Assembly (NCBI GenBank): GCA_009103225.1 | Contig: RHPI01001037.1 | Location: 372,001-436,000 of the forward strand | DNA from: Chlorokybus atmophyticus | Taxonomy: Eukaryota > Plantae > Mesostigma and Chlorokybus algae | Length of the DNA: 64,000 nucleotides | Direction of reading: 5' to 3' | In this document: one piece after another, positions 60,201-64,000 of the stretch | Layout: each line of letters opens with the position of its first letter | Numbering within the stretch: the first letter of the stretch is position 1 | Made by a program: the position numbers and the translations under genes | The notes under the pieces: generated by a model | The model's database searches: none | What the model was told of the DNA's origin: nothing | Seen by the model: the letters and a program-made list of their open reading frames with translations, nothing else

Positions 60201-62797
60201 TTACAACACAACTTTCTGTGCAGTTGTCCGCCCGCCCGCCAACAACAAGAGCAACTGCTCCGCAAGCCTGTCAGCAGCGCCGCTGGCCAACTCAGTCTCG
60301 TCCCCGCGCCTGCTATCGCTCCGGCTGCCGCTTCCGGAGCGACTGCGCTGCAACTCCTGCCAAGTCAGAGCAACTCAGCTCACACAAGAAGCTTCAAATC
60401 AATACCAACAGGCAACCAAGTGCGGTCATACTTGCAGCTCTTGGCGCATCGCGTGCAGCTTTTGTGGGTTTTCAAGATAGTCGACAGCAAGGTCAGCAAC
60501 GTCCTCGGGTGTGATGGCCCCAACCAGCTCCGGCACAACCTCTCTACCCGCCCACCTGATGGACACACGAATAAAATTCCATCAGCATCTTGTGCTGGCA
60601 CGAAAACTCACAAGCCACTTGCCTGTTTGGCCAGGCGAGGTGGCCAGCTGCGCTGAGCAGGGCGCGATTGGTGAGGGCAGCGAAAGAGTCGCCAAGGGGA
60701 CCTGGTATGGATGCAAGGAGGCCTGCAACACCACCCGTGGCGCCGCGGAACACGTGAAGCGCCTGTGTCGGGAGTACCACGATCATCGGGACGCCCAAGG
60801 CGCCGAGCTCTGCCGTATTGGTACCCACCTGGAAGGATGCACATGTATCACACGCGCAAGTAAGCACACATGCTGAGCCAAAACAAGATGATGCTGCCAT
60901 TGTTACCGTAGTAAGGCACAAAGTGCATCTTTTGTACAAGGGATAAGCTGATGACCCGCTCCAGATTGCCGCTCTAACTTCACTGCCCTCAGGCTCCCAC
61001 ACAGCTTCATCTTCATTAGCCACAATACTCGAGGCGAGCCAACTGCACACATACACGCGAACTATTGCTGTCTGTTTAGAATGGCAGATAGGATGGATGC
61101 ACTTACTCACCCGAGCTTGCCAATGAGTTGATTGCTCGCTGGATCGCCATATGTGCGTAGCGAATCAAGTGTAACTGTTGGTGCAAGTGCGAGCGCAAAG
61201 TCCACCTTGTCCCCAAGCCTCCGCTTCAGCGCAGATGCAACGGAAGCAAAGAACGGCACCCCCAGCACCAGCTTCGCCGCCTTTGAGCCCGGCAGCAGTG
61301 CAACAAAAAGCTTGTCGCTGTTCTTCTCATCCATACCACCTCTGTCATCCGCAACATCAGTCACAGCATCCATGAAGAGGTCGCCCACAACCTGGCATCG
61401 ATGCTGAAGCGATTGCTGCACGGCATCCAGTTGTGGCCTCGTGCGTAGAGCATAGGCCGTAAGCCACGGCCACCTCACATCCGTCTCGGCGTACACTAGA
61501 GAAGAGTACGACAACCTCCATCCCAACGCTATCGCCTGCAATGAGAATTACACCCATCACAACCAAAACTGTAATCGTGTTCACAATGCTCGCTAAAACT
61601 ACTTGCATTACTATGCCTGAAACTGGTCGCCTCCAAGGAACAGCACGGCGCCCTTCCTGCGCCACGGCCATCGATGGCGCTCGCGGCCTGAGACAAGGAG
61701 GCCGAGAAGGTCCTCGGGAGGGCTGCAGCGGTCAACGCCGGGGAGGTCGGCGGCCACGCGGGACTCCTGCCCCGACGCGTGCGGGCATGGCGCCAGCACC
61801 ACGCTAACGCGCAACGGCCCTGTGCAAGGCAGGCATGCGCTGTGGGACTGACGCAGGGCATTGGCATGACATTGTGAGTTACGTTATGCCTCTCTCACCG
61901 TCCCTATCGTCTTGCCATGCGCGGCGTAAGGCTGCCACTGCTGGCTTCACCCACCCAAGAACCTGCAGCCACAGTTAAGAGGCCATCCAGTCAGTATGAC
62001 CAAGGCGGATTCACAGCCATGGGATAGCATGCATTGACGTGCTGTTGCATAGCAATTGTGCATCGCTATGCTTTACACACTGAGCATAGCCACAGTGCTG
62101 GTAGTGGTGTTGGAGTGGACAGGCGACTGAATGCAGCAAATGCGGTGTTGTCATGCTTGTGCAGTAGCTGAAGAATTATTTCGTGACATGCTACCAACGC
62201 TGATGCTCTGGTTCACTAGCCAACTGCAGCATTACCTGTAGATGGCTTGTTGATGCTTCATGTTATTTTAGGGGTACGAGATGTGAACTTGCATGTGTGC
62301 TAGCAACAAGGAGCAAAACGAAGGAAACATGTGCAAGGAACAACACAACAACGTCATTGGAAGCATAGTGGCGCAGTTTTCATCAACCTACTGAAATATG
62401 CGACGACGATAAGAATGCTAAGCAATGAGCGTGCATGCGTGGTATGAGTATGAAGAGCAGCAGTAGTTGAAGCACGTATTGCAGTGCAGCCGAGGACCAT
62501 TGCGCTTTATGTAACTCCCAGTAAATCCCAGCCAGTATGCGCACCTCTCACCTCCCCAGGGCCATTGCTCATGATGGCCACATCCACGCCGGGGCTGTCG
62601 TCCAGCAGGCTCACCACCTGGGGTGGGACGGGTCGCCGGCGTAGCCTTACATGTCGGCATTCCTGTTGTTGCCGGCGGGCACAAGGCGACCATGCAGGCG
62701 GAGCCAGCCGCCCGCAAGCTACCTGCTGCGGCCACGTGCGGCACTGCCTTCCCCTCGTCAAGCACACCGCCGCCGCCGCCGCCGCCGCATGTTGCAT
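60201..62797 (-). CDS. Cyanobacterial-type lipid-A-disaccharide synthase-like (LpxB-like) glycosyltransferase with putative plastid transit peptide
   Basis: DVAIMSNGPGE, RVSVVLAPCPHASGQE, GAVLFLGGDQ, LVYAE, VVGDL, ALLPGSKAAKL, VGTNTAELGALGVPMIVVLPT, LAWPN|RWAGREVVPELVG and GAADRLA parallel the cyanobacterial LpxB-like family as recalled. The N-terminal extension is A/R-rich. Confidence 0.8.
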
Positions 62798-63697
62798 GGT
62801 CAAGCACTGGACCGGTGCGTTCAAACACTGGCCTGGGTTGGTCTAGGCTAGGCGGTGGTGTCCTTGCGGCTGTGGTTGAGCTGTTGTCCAGGCCGTAGAA
62901 CCTTCTGGAAGGGGCGGGCAGACAAGCGCTGCCAGCTGGCCGCATGCAAAGCTCTTTGTGCCGCTGTCAGATGGTTTTGTGCATGCTGCTTGTGGCAGTA
63001 GCCGCTCTGCAACAATGCATGTCGTGAGCTGCTTCTCATCCGATCTGGCTTGGCCCGGCAACATCAACGCAGCATAGCGTGTAAGCAGCTTGCACCAGCA
63101 TTGTTAAGGTCTTGATAGGCACTGTCGGTCGCTGAAATACTTAACGGGTGAGCACCTATGTGCATGCATGCCAAGCTGAGCCGATGGTCGTATATGCTGT
63201 TGGCTTCCGCAAAGCGTACATTTGTCAACTTCATGGTGAGCTAGTGCGCTATACACAAAGCTCGAAGTCTGCACCTGCATGTATTACAACCAAGCAAGTC
63301 AGTGTGCTGAGTATCGATCAGTGCAGCACAGCCAAGGCTCAGCATTTGCTTTTCACAAGCTCTGCGCTGAAAAGCAGCAATATCGCCTAGCAGTGGAGCC
63401 TTCAAGGATGCTTGAAGGCAAGCTTGTGACTTTGAAGTGCATTGTGCACGCTTCTGCCCGTTGGGTGTTCTCGCTTACGCTACGTGTGTAGTGTGGTGCG
63501 TCTGTTATGTACATGCCGAAACCACCATCGCGCATTTGCACATGTGATTTGCAAGAAGCAAGTTTGCCCCCATTTCTGCTATGCTTATGATAGCAGGCAT
63601 GCTGGTTGTTGTGCCGCTGGCTATTGGCTCTGTGATTGTGGTTGTGATGGTATTGTGGTATGGTCCATACCGCATGGACGCTTGGCTGTGTTTGTTG

Positions 63698-63701
<4 letters not shown>

Positions 63702-63774
<73 letters not shown>

Positions 63775-63948
63775 NNNNNNNNNNNNNNNNNNNNNNNNNN
63801 NNNNNNNNNNNNNNNNNNNNNNNNNNNNNNNNNNNNNNNNNNNNNNNNNNNNNNNNNNNNNNNNNNNNNNNNNNNNNNNNNNNNNNNNNNNNNNNNNNNN
63901 NNNNNNNNNNNNNNNNNNNNNNNNNNNNNNNNNNNNNNNNNNNNNNNN

Positions 63949-63986
<38 letters not shown>
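63702..63986. repeat. (GA)n microsatellite spanning an assembly gap
   Basis: Long AG dinucleotide runs on both sides of the N stretch. Confidence 0.95.
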
Positions 63987-63991
<5 letters not shown>

Positions 63992-64000
63992 GGGGAGCAT

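Noticed and set aside
1-64000. CRISPR arrays, rRNA or tRNA genes
   Set aside because: I found no regularly spaced repeat-spacer arrays and no cloverleaf or rRNA-like segments by eye. Tandem repeats present are simple microsatellites such as (GCATGT)n at ~21085, (TA)n, (GA)n and (CCTGG)n.

Overview
This window is eukaryotic nuclear DNA with GC-rich exons, short GT-AG introns and five N gaps. Gene content (starch synthase II, PAB, EF-hand CRSH, plant-type FIP1/TMEM192, Tctex1 dynein light chain) points to a green alga with a flagellate stage. An early-diverging streptophyte is my inference, not something I could test. I reconstruct about 14 host genes, which alternate strand strictly (+,-,+,-...), and one decayed ~10 kb Ty3/Gypsy LTR retrotransposon on the minus strand. 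There are two main observations. (1) The retrotransposon polyprotein runs Gag(2x zinc knuckle)-long unknown region-protease-C5 DNA cytosine methyltransferase-RT-RNaseH-integrase-PHD finger. Its leader has no tRNA-type PBS but shows a TATA-positioned self-complementary segment resembling Tf1-type self-priming. (2) A Ca2+-activated (p)ppGpp synthetase (CRSH) appears spliced in frame to a C-terminal array of about 10 HCF107/Mbb1-like HAT repeats. Smaller items are a two-copy TA-flanked MITE family, a 40-bp perfect palindrome upstream of PAB, a GT77 with a degenerate DxD motif and a duplicated splice acceptor, and a cyanobacterial-type LpxB-like protein with a transit peptide. All gene models and homologies were made by eye and from memory of the protein families. 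No database searches were run, and the outer exon boundaries of some genes are approximate.
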